64,000 nucleotides of DNA from Lama guanicoe (lineage: Eukaryota), in contig MU053881.1 in the NCBI GenBank assembly GCA_013239625.1, positions 10,964,873 through 11,028,872 of the forward strand. The letters are read 5' to 3'. The notes beneath the pieces are model-generated. The model had not been told where the DNA came from. It did no database searches and saw only the letters and a program-made list of their open reading frames with translations. Of this stretch, positions 13,581-26,535 are shown one piece after another; the first letter of the stretch is position 1; each line of letters begins with the position of its first letter. A program made the position numbers and the translations under genes.

Positions 13581-14009
13581 CTAATAACTATAGAGAGGGG
13601 TCAGTTAATCTGGAATGATGACCGAGATTTGGGTAATGAAGAAATTTGAGAAATTAAGACGGGCATGTCATGATGATATAATGAGAGATTTACATTTGAG
13701 CACGAGGTAGTTTACTCATTTAAATTCAGTATATAAATTAGAACTACTGGAAGTATTTATTACAGTGACAACTACCTTGCATAATAATATTATCCATGAT
13801 ATGTATTTCCTTCTAATCATCTACAGTATTTGCACTTCCTACAGGCAATTTCTCAATTCACGACGTGCTGACTAGAGCTATGTGTGTTTATATTATATTT
13901 TGTTTTCCAACTAGACTGAAAACATCTTGAGGGCAGGCTCATGCCATATATTTTTGTCTCTTTAGTATTTCCTAGCTGACATTTGATATGAATATAAATT
14001 ACTACTACT

Positions 14010-14168
14010 AATAAATATGTATTTACTATTTACTATTTTCTAGACACTATGCTAAAGGCTTTATATGTATAATTCAGTTCAATCCTCATTCTAAATCTGT
14101 AAGAAGTCCCTGTAACTGTTTTACAGATGAAAAAACTTAAATTGACCATGATTAAGTCCCTTGTCCAC
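14010..14168 (-). mobile_element. MIR SINE
   Basis: CTAGACACTATGCTAAAGGCTTTA...AATCCTCA...TTTTACAGATGAAAAAACT. Confidence 0.7.
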
Positions 14169-15230
14169 TTGTTACTAATTGACTGATCGATTTACAATGT
14201 GTTGAATATGAAAAAAAGTATCTGGTCAGAGAGGGTATTGATCAAAGTATTTTGAAAGAATATACGGGAATGACATTTTTACTGTATTAAACCAATTTCT
14301 AGTCCTATTGGGAATCAACCATGAATGTGTTCACTGTTAGAGAATCCCACATGGTTTCCTCTCTCTGCACGTGCTAGCTATTTCTGACAATGTGTATCTT
14401 TTAAATGGAAGGGTTTATTTCATACAGAGACACTCTGTTCCATTTAATTAAGCCAAACCATACATTTTTCTTCCCACCACTAAATCAAAAAAGATGAGGA
14501 CAGATTCTACAATAGATGTGGCTGGTTCACTGTGTCTAGATACTAAGCATTTCTAACATCTAAATGTACATGCAGAAACACCTATCAAATAATGACTGTG
14601 ACAAAGATTATGATTGTGTCCCAATTATCTCAACAGATACAGATGCCATAAAATTTAAAAGAGAAAGAAGACAGTGATAGGAAGGGAGGAAAAAAAATAA
14701 CAAACACACACTAATGGGAATTAGAAGAAAACATCAAGGCTGTCAAAGAAAATTACGTTGGGCTCACTACAGGAGGACACGGAAAGGAAAACAAAAGTGA
14801 AAATAATTTAGAGTCTACCCTGAGGCAAACAAATATAAAAAACAATGGAGGAATTTTAATTGGGCAAAAGCATTCTAAATATTTGCTTAAAACTACATCT
14901 CTCCTTAAAGCACAAACCAGTGATGACACACCTGACATGTGCTCACAATCCGTTTCCTACCCTCCAAGTTTAAATTCTGTAAACAGGCAATTCCAGTTTC
15001 TATTCTGGTTCACATTCTGAAAGCAAATAAACCTGGTCCTCACCCCCTTAGGAAGAGAGCATTTAAACCATAAGTGAAAGATGGCATTAAAATCAATATC
15101 CACACACCAATTTGCATTAAAAAAAGCAGGCAGATCAGACAAGACTTTTGGCAACAGGAGTAGGGAAGACAAAGAAGAGGAAAGGTGGGGTGGAGGAGGA
15201 GGAGAGGGGGAAGACAAGGAAGAACACTAC

Positions 15231-15282
15231 CACATCACACACACTCACTCACACACACGCGCGCGCGCGCACACACACACAC
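15231..15282. repeat. Compound (CA)n(CG)n(CA)n microsatellite
   Basis: ACACACACGCGCGCGCGCGCACACACACACAC directly visible. Confidence 0.95.
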
Positions 15283-15359
15283 CCCTCCTCGCTTTCTGGC
15301 CATGTTTAACATCTCTTCCACCCGTCCCCTCGCCCCCAGCCCTACTCCTAATTCGGTGA

Positions 15360-15600
15360 AGGTTTCCTGGCTTACACAAAACTGTGTCATTCAGAAATAT
15401 TAGGATCACAACAGGCTGATTAATAACTGTGTTGAAAAGCTAAAATGCGGTGATAGACCACATAAATCTCTCTTATGTGAGCTGTCGGCGCTGCAGCCTG
15501 TAGGGCTGACAGAGTTTAGATCTTAGTCAGTTGAATTTCTTTAGGAGCCCTGGCCAAGCAGGGCCACGAGGAAAATGCTATTAGAGACATCCGTGTTTTT
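15360..15600. promoter_or_regulatory. Candidate enhancer with PBX-HOX and MEIS motifs
   Basis: No repeat recognised. TGATTAAT 15417-15424 and TGACAG 15507-15512. Conservation not verifiable here. Confidence 0.35.
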
Positions 15601-16384
15601 TTTTTAATGGACAGGCAGAAACTTGGATTAAGAAACCTGTGCACGTCGTCACCAGCTATTTGGGTAAAGTAGGAAAAAGTGGCTTAACAACATGTGAATG
15701 AAAATGCTTTTAAAGAATTATTTAAATGTTGTCCTCAATTCTTCAAAAATTTAGAGAATTAGTCACTTGTGGCTGCATTTAGTACTCAAAATTCAATTTA
15801 GCCTACAGCAATCTAATAAATATGAAAGACCCTGGAAATATATGAAAAGAACATTTTGTAAACATCATATGGCTTCACAATTCAGGGCCAATTTACACAT
15901 GTTACACTTTTTCTTCTTTTTTTGAGTTACAAAATATTCTTTTTATTTTTAACCTTTTCCTTTTACTTCTCTTTAGTTACACATTTTTTTTTCATCACAC
16001 AAGCTTTAATTTTTTTTTACGGGAACACCTATTCAAATATCGTGGAAAACTAATGTTCAATCAATAGGATTTAAGAAATGGTAACAACATTTTTTTTCCT
16101 TCTTTGAAGAAAACACTATTACTCAGAAATTTGGTCAGAAAAGCAAGTCATAATCAGACATATAGGCATTTGTCCAGAAGCTGAAGATGAAATAGAAGGG
16201 AAAACTGTTCTAAATGAAGCCACAAAGTAAAGCTCTTAACATCCTAGAACTTTCTGAAAACCAGCCACTCTTCCCACCGATGGACCAAACTGTGGTTCTG
16301 CCTCAAACCATGCAGAGCTTCTTCATCCCTAAATTGGCCTCGATAGCATACAATAAGGTCAATAAACTGTTGAGCTAACAGCAT

Positions 16385-16590
16385 AGACCCGGAACACTGC
16401 TCTGTCTCTTAACAGCTTTTTCACCTTCGGCAAGTAACTTAACCTTCCTATACCTCAGTTTCTCCATCCAGTAAAATGGGAGTAATTCTAATACCTATGT
16501 CACAAGGCTGTTAGGTTAGTTAGTAGTTGTAAAGGGGTTAGAAACGCAACTAGGGTATAGGAATGCTGCATCAGTGATTAATAAATATTA
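16385..16590 (+). mobile_element. MIR SINE
   Basis: CCTTCGGCAAGTAACTTAACCTTCCTATACCTCAGTTTCTCCATCCAGTAAAATGGG core. Confidence 0.8.
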
Positions 16591-16739
16591 ATTAATATAT
16601 GACCTTAAAGTTTACAATGCCAGTTAAGTATCAACTAGGCATCTATGCTCTTCCAAGTCATATGATACAGGATGGATAAAACAGAGTAGCGCAAATCTTT
16701 GCTGAGCTGACATTCTAGAGAAAAATCACAGAAATTCCT

Positions 16740-17095
16740 TGCATGGATAAGGAACACATTGTTTGACAGAGGTAAGTGATATAAAGGAATAAGTGTTGAG
16801 TGGGTAAGTGGTGGAGGAGGAGTTCTGATTTGGAAAAGCTCTTCTGGGACATGGGGTTTGAGAGGAGAAGGCAGTCCAGGCGTAAGAAACAAGAATTCTA
16901 AGAACTCTTGTAACTGGAATCCTTGTCCTACTCTTGGACAGAAAGGATGCCTGGGCATAAAGCATACAGAAGGAAGGGGAGAAGCAAGCTAATGTCGGAG
17001 ACCCAGAGGTTCCAATGGCCCAGGCTTGGAGTGTGAAGTACAACGGAAAACCACTGCAGGATTTAAAACTGAGGATCAAGTTGATCTAGTTTAAC
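16740..17095 (-). mobile_element. L2 relic
   Basis: Purine-rich antisense L2 pattern ending GGAAAACCACTGCAGGATTTAAAACTGAGG. Confidence 0.45.
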
Positions 17096-19199
17096 TGCCA
17101 ATAACCCCTTCCTTTGTTTCCGAATGGTGACTGAAATTCAGCGCCCATTTGTTTGACATTTCTTACTTTGGCTTGGTGCCTTTGACTCTAAATTGCACCT
17201 TTTTTTGCAGGTGACCAATGCAGAAGAGGCTTGCTGGAATGTATATCTGTCACCAACAGATTTTACTTCCTAACTGCTTGGTGGCTACAGCCATCTAGTT
17301 AGTTACACTTAAATCTAGTTATACTTTTTCTCTCACTGTATTTCACTCATCCGAACTTGGGGTGATAATGCCTCTTTAGTTTTTTTCGCTGTGAACCCTG
17401 AGTAGGACCAGCTATATGCATGAGCCATAGGCAGCTACCTACATTTTTATGATGAAGGGGTGGTAAACTTTTACATAGAGCCTTCTTTATTATTAGTCTA
17501 CCATGGTATTTAAAATTCTTAACGTTAGACTTATTGCATTGGGTTGCAGAGGTCAAATGTCAGAGTAAAGAGTGCCTATTTTACTCAGGAGAGAGAGAAA
17601 CATATTAGAGGTTAGGGGCTTGGGAGGATGAGACAGGAGAACGGAGGAGATTTTGCACAATAGCAGTTCTAAGCCACTGGCCCCAGTCCCATAAGGAGGC
17701 CCCACCCAGTTTGATATCTATTTATGTACTCCCTCTTGATCTACACAGGATTTGAACCAGGAAGTAGTTATTCAAACGTTTTGCATTTGAAATGATTTTC
17801 CAAAGCCATTAATCACACAATTCTATTGGACCCGTCCTACTTTATATGTACTCTCCTCATGTCTACTGCTGCCACTGTCACATTCTAAATTTCTAAAAAC
17901 CGTTCAACATCTAAAAAAAAGTCTTGGCATATGACATTAAGAAAACACAGAATTACACCCCTCAAAAAAGCACAAAGTACTGTGATAAGTGAGGAACAGG
18001 GAGATAGGCTCCCTTCTCCCTAGTTGCTAATAGTGAAATTCCTTGTGGACCCAGTGTCTTCATTTCTTCATTTCATTTGACTCCCTATGGTTTGAGAGAC
18101 ATTTCATGCTTGCTTGCTTAGATGCCTTTAAAGTTTGGGGCACATTGCTGATTAGTTGAGGTTATTAATCATAATATGCAAATATATAATATTTAAATCT
18201 AGGCCAATTCTGTTTCTTGAGTAAAACCAGATAGTAGAAGCCATATTTTGCAAGAAAAATCCCAGTTCAAATATTCAATAAAGCATTATATTGTGAATAT
18301 GTTAGAATTTTAAACATAAGTAAAACCAAGTATTATGTCAAAAATGGGTTATGTAAGCATTTTAAAAATGTAGTTACTTAACCTTATCAGAATGTTTTCC
18401 TCCAAACTGCCTCCAAAGTTAATAATTACTGTTGTTTCTTCTTTGTGAGTGTGTTTTTCCTTAATTTTTAAAACTGCTTTGCTACTTGAACACGCATTTT
18501 GGAAAAGCTTTAATATTGTTCTTTGGTATGTTCCAATTCTGACAAGAAATCAGGGGACCTACTTTTGGCATCCAGGTGCCTCCCTACTTAGAAGAGTGTG
18601 CCAATTAATTGCACTCATGTTTTAGCTTTATGAGGTATGTGATTTGTCACAGTCTCAGGACTTTTAATACCTTGATCTCTTTTTCATTCTTTTCATTTCT
18701 TATAAAAAGGTGCTTATTTCTTTAAACTCAAACCATAGAATTATGTGTATGTATAGTGTTAGTTTCCCTGAGTCTATGTTAAATTAAATATTGACTTTGC
18801 AAGCTCTATATCATTTATTATTTACCATTTTCAATCTCTGGAATTTATTAAAAAATTGATAAGAATGCCTGGTGGTGAAATCCCCACAGGGGTCAAATTG
18901 GATGACCCAACCAAGCCAATTACAAAATTGACAAATCTATGGTTACTTCGATAAAAATGACACAATTTGATTTTAACAGGGACGATATTTTTTAAGGACA
19001 CTTGGAGACATTTCCTTTGAAGGAATAATGTTCTTCAATTTTAGAAAACGACTTTTTTTTTTTCCTTTTCAGAAAATTGCTTTCTTGTGAAGCTTGTTAG
19101 CCTTTCTGTTCTTTCTGCCTTTTTCCAGAAGTTGATTTCTCATTCTTCGGCACTTCAGAAAATGTTGGGACAGAATTTCAAGTATTTAAAAAAATATTT

Positions 19200-19450
19200 T
19201 TAGCAGATTTACCTTTTGTGCAAAGTGTCAGGCAGTTCAAGGGGGCACCCTGAGCTTTCTCACATCTTTTGTCAGTGGAACGGAATTTCATTCCTAAAGA
19301 ACAATTGTTCACATTACAAAAATAAGTCTCCTATGTAGGTGCCCTTGCTGACAGCCTCCAGAGAAAGGATGAAAAATAAATGATCCTATAGACTGATTAA
19401 TCTAATCTCTCCCCTCACCAAATCTAGGGCTCTCAGGAAGGTTGTAATGA
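19200..19450. promoter_or_regulatory. Candidate enhancer with PBX-HOX, MEIS and SOX motifs
   Basis: TTGTCA 19269-19274, AACAATTGTT 19300-19309, TGACAG 19349-19354, TGATTAAT 19394-19401; no repeat recognised. Confidence 0.4.
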
Positions 19451-19760
19451 AGGGTTCTGTTAGGAAAAATGCTTTGCAGTTTTCCAAACACTGTTTAAAC
19501 TTCTATTGTACGACTGTTTTCTAATTTAGCTTCTGTGAGCAGAGGTCATACAAGTAAAGAACAAAAATTCAAATGAAATAAAGTAGCCTTGAAGGTAATG
19601 TTAAAAACATTTGCTATGTTAAGAATATCAATTAACTGCCTTAGTTAAAAGAACGGAGTGAAAAAAAATAAAGTGGAAAGTGTTACTTTCAATTCCACAT
19701 AATTATCAAACAGAAACTCTCCCTCTGTTGCTCAACCTATCTGTTCACACATAGTTAGCA

Positions 19761-19937
19761 CAGTTTCTCAAGCGTAGCTGCACATTAGAATTACTTGGGG
19801 AGCTTCTGAAACTTACCACGGTGGGCATCCCAGCCCCAGAGAATCTGCTTTAATTGTCCCAAACTGGGAGCAGGCAATGGCATGTGTTAATGCTTCCCCA
19901 GATGACTCTAAGCTGCAGCCGTGACTGAGAAATACTG
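19761..19937. mobile_element. MER5A/MER5A1 hAT-Charlie MITE
   Basis: TIR-like ends CAGTTTCTCAA...TGAGAAATACTG; internal GCTGCACATTAGAATTACTTGGGGAGCTT. Confidence 0.85.
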
Positions 19938-20396
19938 GGCAAGACTGACACCTCTCTACCTTCAAATATCAGCTGGAAAACAACTGAAAAGTAAAAATAC
20001 TAGGAAGAATTTTTCTTTCGATAAAAATGAGGCTTATCAGGGGATAGTCGGCTGTGTGCTTCACTGGTATGTATTTTTTCTAAGTATGCAGTCACTAACT
20101 CCATGATTTTATGATTAGTCTTAATACCATTATTAGTAGTATCACAGCTTCCGGAACCCATCTTTCAATCAACGCATTGACAGATACATTTAGATCCTTC
20201 CCTCTATGGAAAAATCTCAAGCAAAAAATTTTAAAACTTCATCCCTGAGCTCAGGCTACTTACCCATTTTTAGGAAAACAAACAGGCTGAGGACAGATGT
20301 AGATGACAAGGAGAAAGGGACTGGCTTTGTACACTGTTGCATTTGTAATACTGAGGATTAGGGAGAGAGAAGTCCTTAGGAAAAAATGGGCCAAGT

Positions 20397-20882
20397 TAAG
20401 ACAGGTTGGGACCGGGGACACTTTACCACAGTGTTTACAAACATCCACCCCTCACACAACTGAGCAACAGAATACAAAGCAACTATAAGAGACTAAAAAT
20501 ACCTCCATGCATGAGCAATTGGGGCAAATTATGAACAACAACATACAGAGAGACCCAAAACCCAACTGCCACTTCTAAGGTGTCAGCAGTATAAGCAGGC
20601 TACCTCCTGATCCCTGCATACAGCACCACAAGGGGGGTGAGCCAACCATCCAAGCCACCCTTCCGGCCCGACCATGGATCCACCCCTACCCGCACCCATT
20701 TTAAGGGCATTTAAGGGATCAGCTCACCCACGCTCGGGGTGGGGGGGTGAGCAAGGGCACCTGTACTTGATTTCACTCCCTTGTGCTGCAGCACGAGTCC
20801 CAGTAAAGCTTTGCCTGCATTTCTTCTCTGGCCCCTTATCAATTTCTATTGATTAAAGATCTAAGAACCCAGGTTGGTAACA
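20397..20882 (+). mobile_element. Solo LTR of an ERV1-type endogenous retrovirus (lineage-specific)
   Basis: Starts TAAGACAGGTTGGGACC (TG to TA), ends GGTAACA. Flanked by the 4-bp duplication AAGT (20393-20396 and 20883-20886). TATA-like TTTAA near 20700-20715; poly(A) signal variant AGTAAA 20802-20807. Confidence 0.82.
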
Positions 20883-21221
20883 AAGTCATAAACAGACACA
20901 GGTGACGGCTGTTTAGTGCTGAGCTCTATCATTGAAGACGCTGTCGTCTTAAACTCTTTTGCCGATGGACAGGCAAAAACTGTATGCCCCTCCCATTCCT
21001 GCCTTTCAGTTCGTTCACTATTGGATGATCAGAAACGTGGGATAGCACTCTGTCAGGCAGTGCGCCTTTTACAGTACAGAAGGGGTGTTTTGCAATGAAG
21101 TGTAATTGTGCAGGTAATTAGCAGGGAGGTGTGGTTACACCTTTGTTTACCATAGAGATAAGTAACAACCTGTGGCTTTGAACAGCAATTCTCATATGAC
21201 TCGAAATTTTGTTATAATAAA

Positions 21222-21460
21222 ATGAGTAAGAATACTGACTCTGGAATCAGACTCCCCAGACTCTAGGATTTCTAGTTTGTGCTCAGACTAATAATTCAGT
21301 GGTGAAGCCTCAGTGTTTCCTATCCCTAAATTGGGAATAATAATAATAGCAACTATTTCAGGTGTTTTTTGTAAAATTATGTTCTGTAATCTATATCAAA
21401 TGCTTAATGGTTTACCTGGTACATATGAGTCCTTAGGAAATTCTAGTTTATAGTTGTTAT
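21222..21460 (+). mobile_element. MIR SINE
   Basis: GACTCTGGAATCAGACT...GCCTCAGTGTTTCCTATCCCTAAATTGGGAATAATAATAATAG...CCTGGTACATA. Confidence 0.7.
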
Positions 21461-24144
21461 TGCTTAGTTGCTGTTGTATTATTATTATTTACTACTTCAA
21501 TATAAATACGCCTCACACTGTACCCTGGGGTACCTATGTAACCAACTAAATTGAAGTGATGAAACTTAACTAACAGAATCATCATTTAAAAAGCTATAAT
21601 GGTAGAAAATGGCTCAACCTAACACAGTGTTGCAGATGCCTAAATGACAAAATGCTCTTCATGAACATGAGAACCCTGTGAGAATTCTCATCATCTACTG
21701 TCAGAAAATGTAGCTTCACCTTTGGCAACATTGGCAAAACTTGAGTGGTAGTCAGACTGCTTGAGAAAATTAAATTAGAAATGCTAATGTTAGCTTTTAT
21801 ATGTTGTACTTTAGTCATTAAGAGTAATTCCATGAATAAGTCCTGAGGAAGAACATTTAGACATTGTATTTTTCAAAGTTTATGGAGTTTTTATAAAGAA
21901 TATTTTCTAGTTCACATCCAAATACTAGATCCAGTGGAGGACATTTCAAAGGTATCTTAAAAGGAACATTTATTTTAAAGTCTAATATGTGATTTTAACT
22001 TTTTAAAGGATCAAAAGTAAAACCAAGGGAAAAAAAAAAGTCTTATTCAATCAAGTTCACATCAGGAGTACTCTCAAAGCCCACCAAAATGCTAAAAATG
22101 TTTCTTCAAATAAACAGTTTCAAGAGGTGAATGGAATATTCCAGATGTCCAGAGTCTGTTTAAATATTGAGCTGTGATTATACCGTACTGGGAGATACTG
22201 AGACACACTTAAGAATGACTGGTCCAGCTGATGTAAGGCTCAGAGAAAGCCCGTTTCTGTTGATGAGAAGGCAAGACCTTAAGGATGAATAGCGTCTGCA
22301 GATTAGCTTAAGATCGTACACTCCTTTTAAATATGGGCCCTGGCACTGGTTACAAGTGTGAAAAATTAGAGAATAGAGTGGCAGGTAGTGAAATGGATTT
22401 GACTAAGCCAGAAACATCTTCATTTAGAGGGGAATGACTGAGGTTAGGTGGAGGGTTATTTGAACACAGAAAACAAAAGAAGAGAATGAGGTTGGCATTG
22501 TACAATGTAGAGATCGTCACTGTGGCCGCAGGGATTGTGCCACAGAAAGTCCTTGGATGAAGAAGGCAATGATTTGAGTTTGAGCCCTTAAGCACGCTAC
22601 CTGTAACACCAAGAAACCTGGGCAATCACATGGTAGGCATGTAATAGGCCATCGGTGCATGGAAGGATAAGTACTGAAGGAAGAAGGAAGTTGTCAAAAA
22701 ATTTAAAAAGCATCATGGAGAAAGGAAGACTGAAATAGGCAAGATTCAAAGTGATCCAAAGGAGGTCGAAGAAGGACATGGAAAAATATATACACAAAAA
22801 CATTTACACAAATGTTTAGAAACAATAACCTTTATTCCATACCCAGGTGGTAGGTTCCACCAAAGGGCTTCCTTGTGTCAAATAACTATGCAATAGCATT
22901 TGATTAGAAGCAGGATGTTTTAAAGAGCTTCAAAGGTAATGTTTATGATTTATTTGAATAGATCTTTACCAGAAGGAATTGACTATAGGGGGAAGGAGAA
23001 AACTGATATAAAATCTTACTTATTTAGGCATAACATTTGACTCACGTTTTGTAGTGATCCAGTTGAAACAAACAGTGTGGGGAGCACAGTTTGTGAATTT
23101 TCAATATGTTTGGATACACTATTAACAAAGCTTTCTCTCTGGCAGATTCATTCCATGTCCTGTCTATCAATACCAGCCTTCCAACATTAAAGCCATTAAT
23201 GATAAAACAGTGGTCACAATTTCACAACCGCTTATAAACAGATTATGAACTTTTATTTGGTAATAAATTACACAGATGGTCTGTGACTCTCTTAATCTGT
23301 GTAGTGTGTGTGTGTGAGTGTGTGTTTTCCAGGAACCAGGATAAGAATTAAGAGATTCCCATCTTAAATGCCTGTGTTTTGCTCACCACTTAAAAATACA
23401 AAAGAAAACCCATTATATCAAGATGCAGGTAGGAAATGTCTGAGAAGACAAGTAAAATTGTCAGATGTTTTAAATCCCCAAGTAGTTATTGAGGAGTTGC
23501 AACCTTAGATGTTTAAGGGGGGAGGCTGGTTTGATGCTGGCACCTCTATGTGATTCTGTTTTACTTCTCACTGTATGATAAAAGACGAATTTTAACTAAC
23601 CGAAATGCAGAAAAATGGAAATTTATTTCACCTCAGCTGATTCATTTTCTTCAAAAGAAACATCTTTATTATAATGTTTTCTTGTTGGGATCAAACTGAA
23701 TTCTTAAGGAGATTATTTAATTCTACAGAGAATTGTGACATTGAAGATAAGGTCACAGGTTATGCAATCAAAACTTGAAATGACATGATTACAATAAAAT
23801 AACCTGTATTTTATCTGAAATTATGTACTGTACAGGAGGATTCCAAGTTGCAAATCATCAATGATTCAAAACTTTATCTGAAAATAGATTGTTAGGAATT
23901 AGGATAAATCTACTGAAGTAAGTTATAAACAGTATTTAGGTGCCAGCACATCCTCCACACTTAACTTAATATTATTGATATATGATTTTGTGAAGAAAGT
24001 ACAACATAATATTGTTGTTACCCTAGAGACAGACATTTTAAAATAGAAATTAGCTTTTTATTCATTTTGATCTTGGTGCTTGGGGCAATACAGATTCATT
24101 TAGATAAATTAGAAGTATCTGAAGATTTCTGTGGCTATTCTAAA

Positions 24145-24350
24145 CAAAAATTGAGTGGCCATTCCTAAGTCTCTACTATATGTTAAAAACTGTGCTAGAT
24201 AATTTACATATGGTACCTAAATTAGAATTCAGATTAACTCCAAGAGCTTTATCTCATTATAAAGATGAAAAAGTGAGATACATTAAAGTTAAGTAATTGC
24301 TTGAAGTAAAATAGATCAGAAGTAGTATATATAGAATTTTAAATCAGGGT
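24145..24350 (-). mobile_element. MIR SINE
   Basis: ACTGTGCTAGA...ATCTCATTATAAAGATGAAAAAGTGAGA...GTTAAGTAATTGC. Confidence 0.6.
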
Positions 24351-24574
24351 GTTCATTTTTTATTTTCTGGACTTTGAGGTTTTCAGCTGTTTAGTGCTTG
24401 AGGAGTCTGGATATGTATAAAAATTAATTTCATGTCAAAACATTACTTTCCTTGTTCATGATAGGGAATCAGAAACACTATCAGAGGACAATAAAGAAAG
24501 GGCACAGTGTCCTAAACTATCAAAGGAAGATCTACCAGCACTATTTTTATCATCATCATTTTTGTCATCATCTT

Positions 24575-24800
24575 TCACTATCAAGGCCTTGCTGTGTGTG
24601 AGATACTGCACAATGCTCTTTATACATATTATGTTATTTAATCTTACACACAATTCTGTGAAGTATATCCAGCTATTAGTCCTATTTTACAGATAAAGAA
24701 ACTAAAACCCTTTGCAATTTAGTTCCTGTTATGCCTTTACCCAGATAGGCTGACACCAGAATCCATTTCCTCAACTGCTGCGTTAGAATGCCACTCTACC
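24575..24800 (-). mobile_element. MIR SINE
   Basis: TTATTTAATCTTACACACAATTCTGTGAAG...CCTATTTTACAGATAAAGAAACT. Confidence 0.7.
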
Positions 24801-25293
24801 AACGTCCATACGAATGTACTGTATATTTAAGCTCTATTTCTTGTATCCTTTATTAGTATTTAAAGGCTTTCACCCTAAGCCTTTACTCCCTTCTTTTGCT
24901 ATAATCTCATACTTGGGGCTTCTTTTCTAGGGAGCAAGTTTGTTTATAGCCCCACCTGGAATTTCACTGAAGGCCTGAACAATGACCTGGTTTCAGACGG
25001 TACACAATCCTTTACGAGAAGCTCCTAATGGCTGTTTTCAAACGGATGGCTGATAGAACCATCTAATCAAGACCGAAGACATGTTTCGGCTCAGAAGTAG
25101 ATCAACAGAGAAGAGGGGGGAAAAAAAGAAAAGAAAAGACCAAGGAAATGGTCACTTGAACTTTGAGGAAAGAACTTTGAATATAGCGCTGCAAAGCAAA
25201 TCTGGGCAAAAATCCTAACGTTACAATATTGTCAAGACTGGTATGTCTGTACCTTGGTTTTCTCATTTGTAAGAAAAAAAATGTAAGGTTATA

Positions 25294-25471
25294 CTGTATT
25301 TTATTGATTCTAACATGTATTTTTCCCACACATTCAGCATCTATGAAATAAGAGTGTGTCTTATAACCAATGGCGTGGCATAGTTTAATTGCAAAATATT
25401 TTTCTTCCTCACTGGAACCTAAAATAATGTGTCTGAGAATTGATGGTGAAGGAAGACTTGACAAAATATAT
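25294..25471. mobile_element. MER104-like TcMar (Tc2) MITE
   Basis: CTGTATTTTATTGATTCTAA...GTGTCTTATAACCAATGGCGTGGCATAGTTTAATTG...AAAATAAT...GACTTGACAAAATAT follows the recalled MER104 consensus. Confidence 0.7.
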
Positions 25472-26124
25472 GGCCCTTACCAATTCTTATATTCATTTTG
25501 TTTGACTCCCTAACATCTAATTCTATTCAGATGCTTTTGTCTAAATGAATGATTGTTGTTTCCATTTCCCTGGACAAAGATGTGACCAATAGACTTAAGA
25601 AGAGCTTTCTGCCCTGCCAGGAAAGACACAGAAATATATTTCTGAACATTGTCTTGTAGCTTTTAGAACAGCTACAGCCATTTCCTTTCCAGCTTGAGGT
25701 TAGAAACATTAGCAGAAAAGAACAGAACCGCAAGAAATGCTAAAAGCAGAGGGAGGAGCCACGGTCCATCATGCTCAGGCATGCACTTCTTGTTATATGG
25801 AACAATACCTTTTCTCTTACCAGCAAAATATAAATCACGGCTAACCAGTGTTGTATGGTGGGAAAAGGGTTAACTATTACACTACAGAAGATTAGCTAAG
25901 TATCAATAAAGTTCCATTTTGAGCCACTATCTTTGGAACTCTTTTATCGATAAATAGAAGAAAACTGTATAGAAATCGTATTTATCATATTTTTATGTTC
26001 ATTGTATTTGCACTAGAAACAAAATTAGAAAAACAGGTGGTAGAGCCAAAGTTGAAAATGATTCTAATATTATATTGGAAAGAAAACAAGAGTTCTAGAG
26101 TTACACTGATTGGGTTTGTAGCTT

Positions 26125-26290
26125 GGCCTCAACTCTGCCAGCCTCAGTTTTGTCATCTGCATAAGGGGATAATACTGATGCTTCTTATGTTGGTTCTTGT
26201 GTGAACCTACTGAGTAAAAACGTGATATGTGACATATGTGCCAAAGTGGCTCACATTAAGCGCTCATAAATGCTGACAATTACTATTAAA
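26125..26290 (+). mobile_element. MIR SINE
   Basis: GCCTCAGTTTTGTCATCTGCATAAGGGGATAATAC...TAAGCGCTCATAAATG. Confidence 0.7.
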
Positions 26291-26535
26291 CTGATGAAAT
26301 ATAATTTATTTTTATTCTGCCTTATTTATAATACTTCCATATTTTTCAGAACCATCTAATATATTGAAGAAGAGAAGTTTTAGGTTTAATTGGTAGCAAT
26401 AAAATACATTGTTAATGAGTTCAAAGGAGATATTGAGAAAAACAGGAATGCAGACTCTCTGTATTTCTGTAACCACAAGAATACGCTGAACCAGAAACAC
26501 ATTTGGGGTATTATTAAATAAAGAAGATAGTCTTA

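Noticed and set aside
14957..15403. Overlapping Pro/Gly/His-Thr-rich ORFs
   Set aside because: Produced by the purine tract and the (CA)/(CG) microsatellite.
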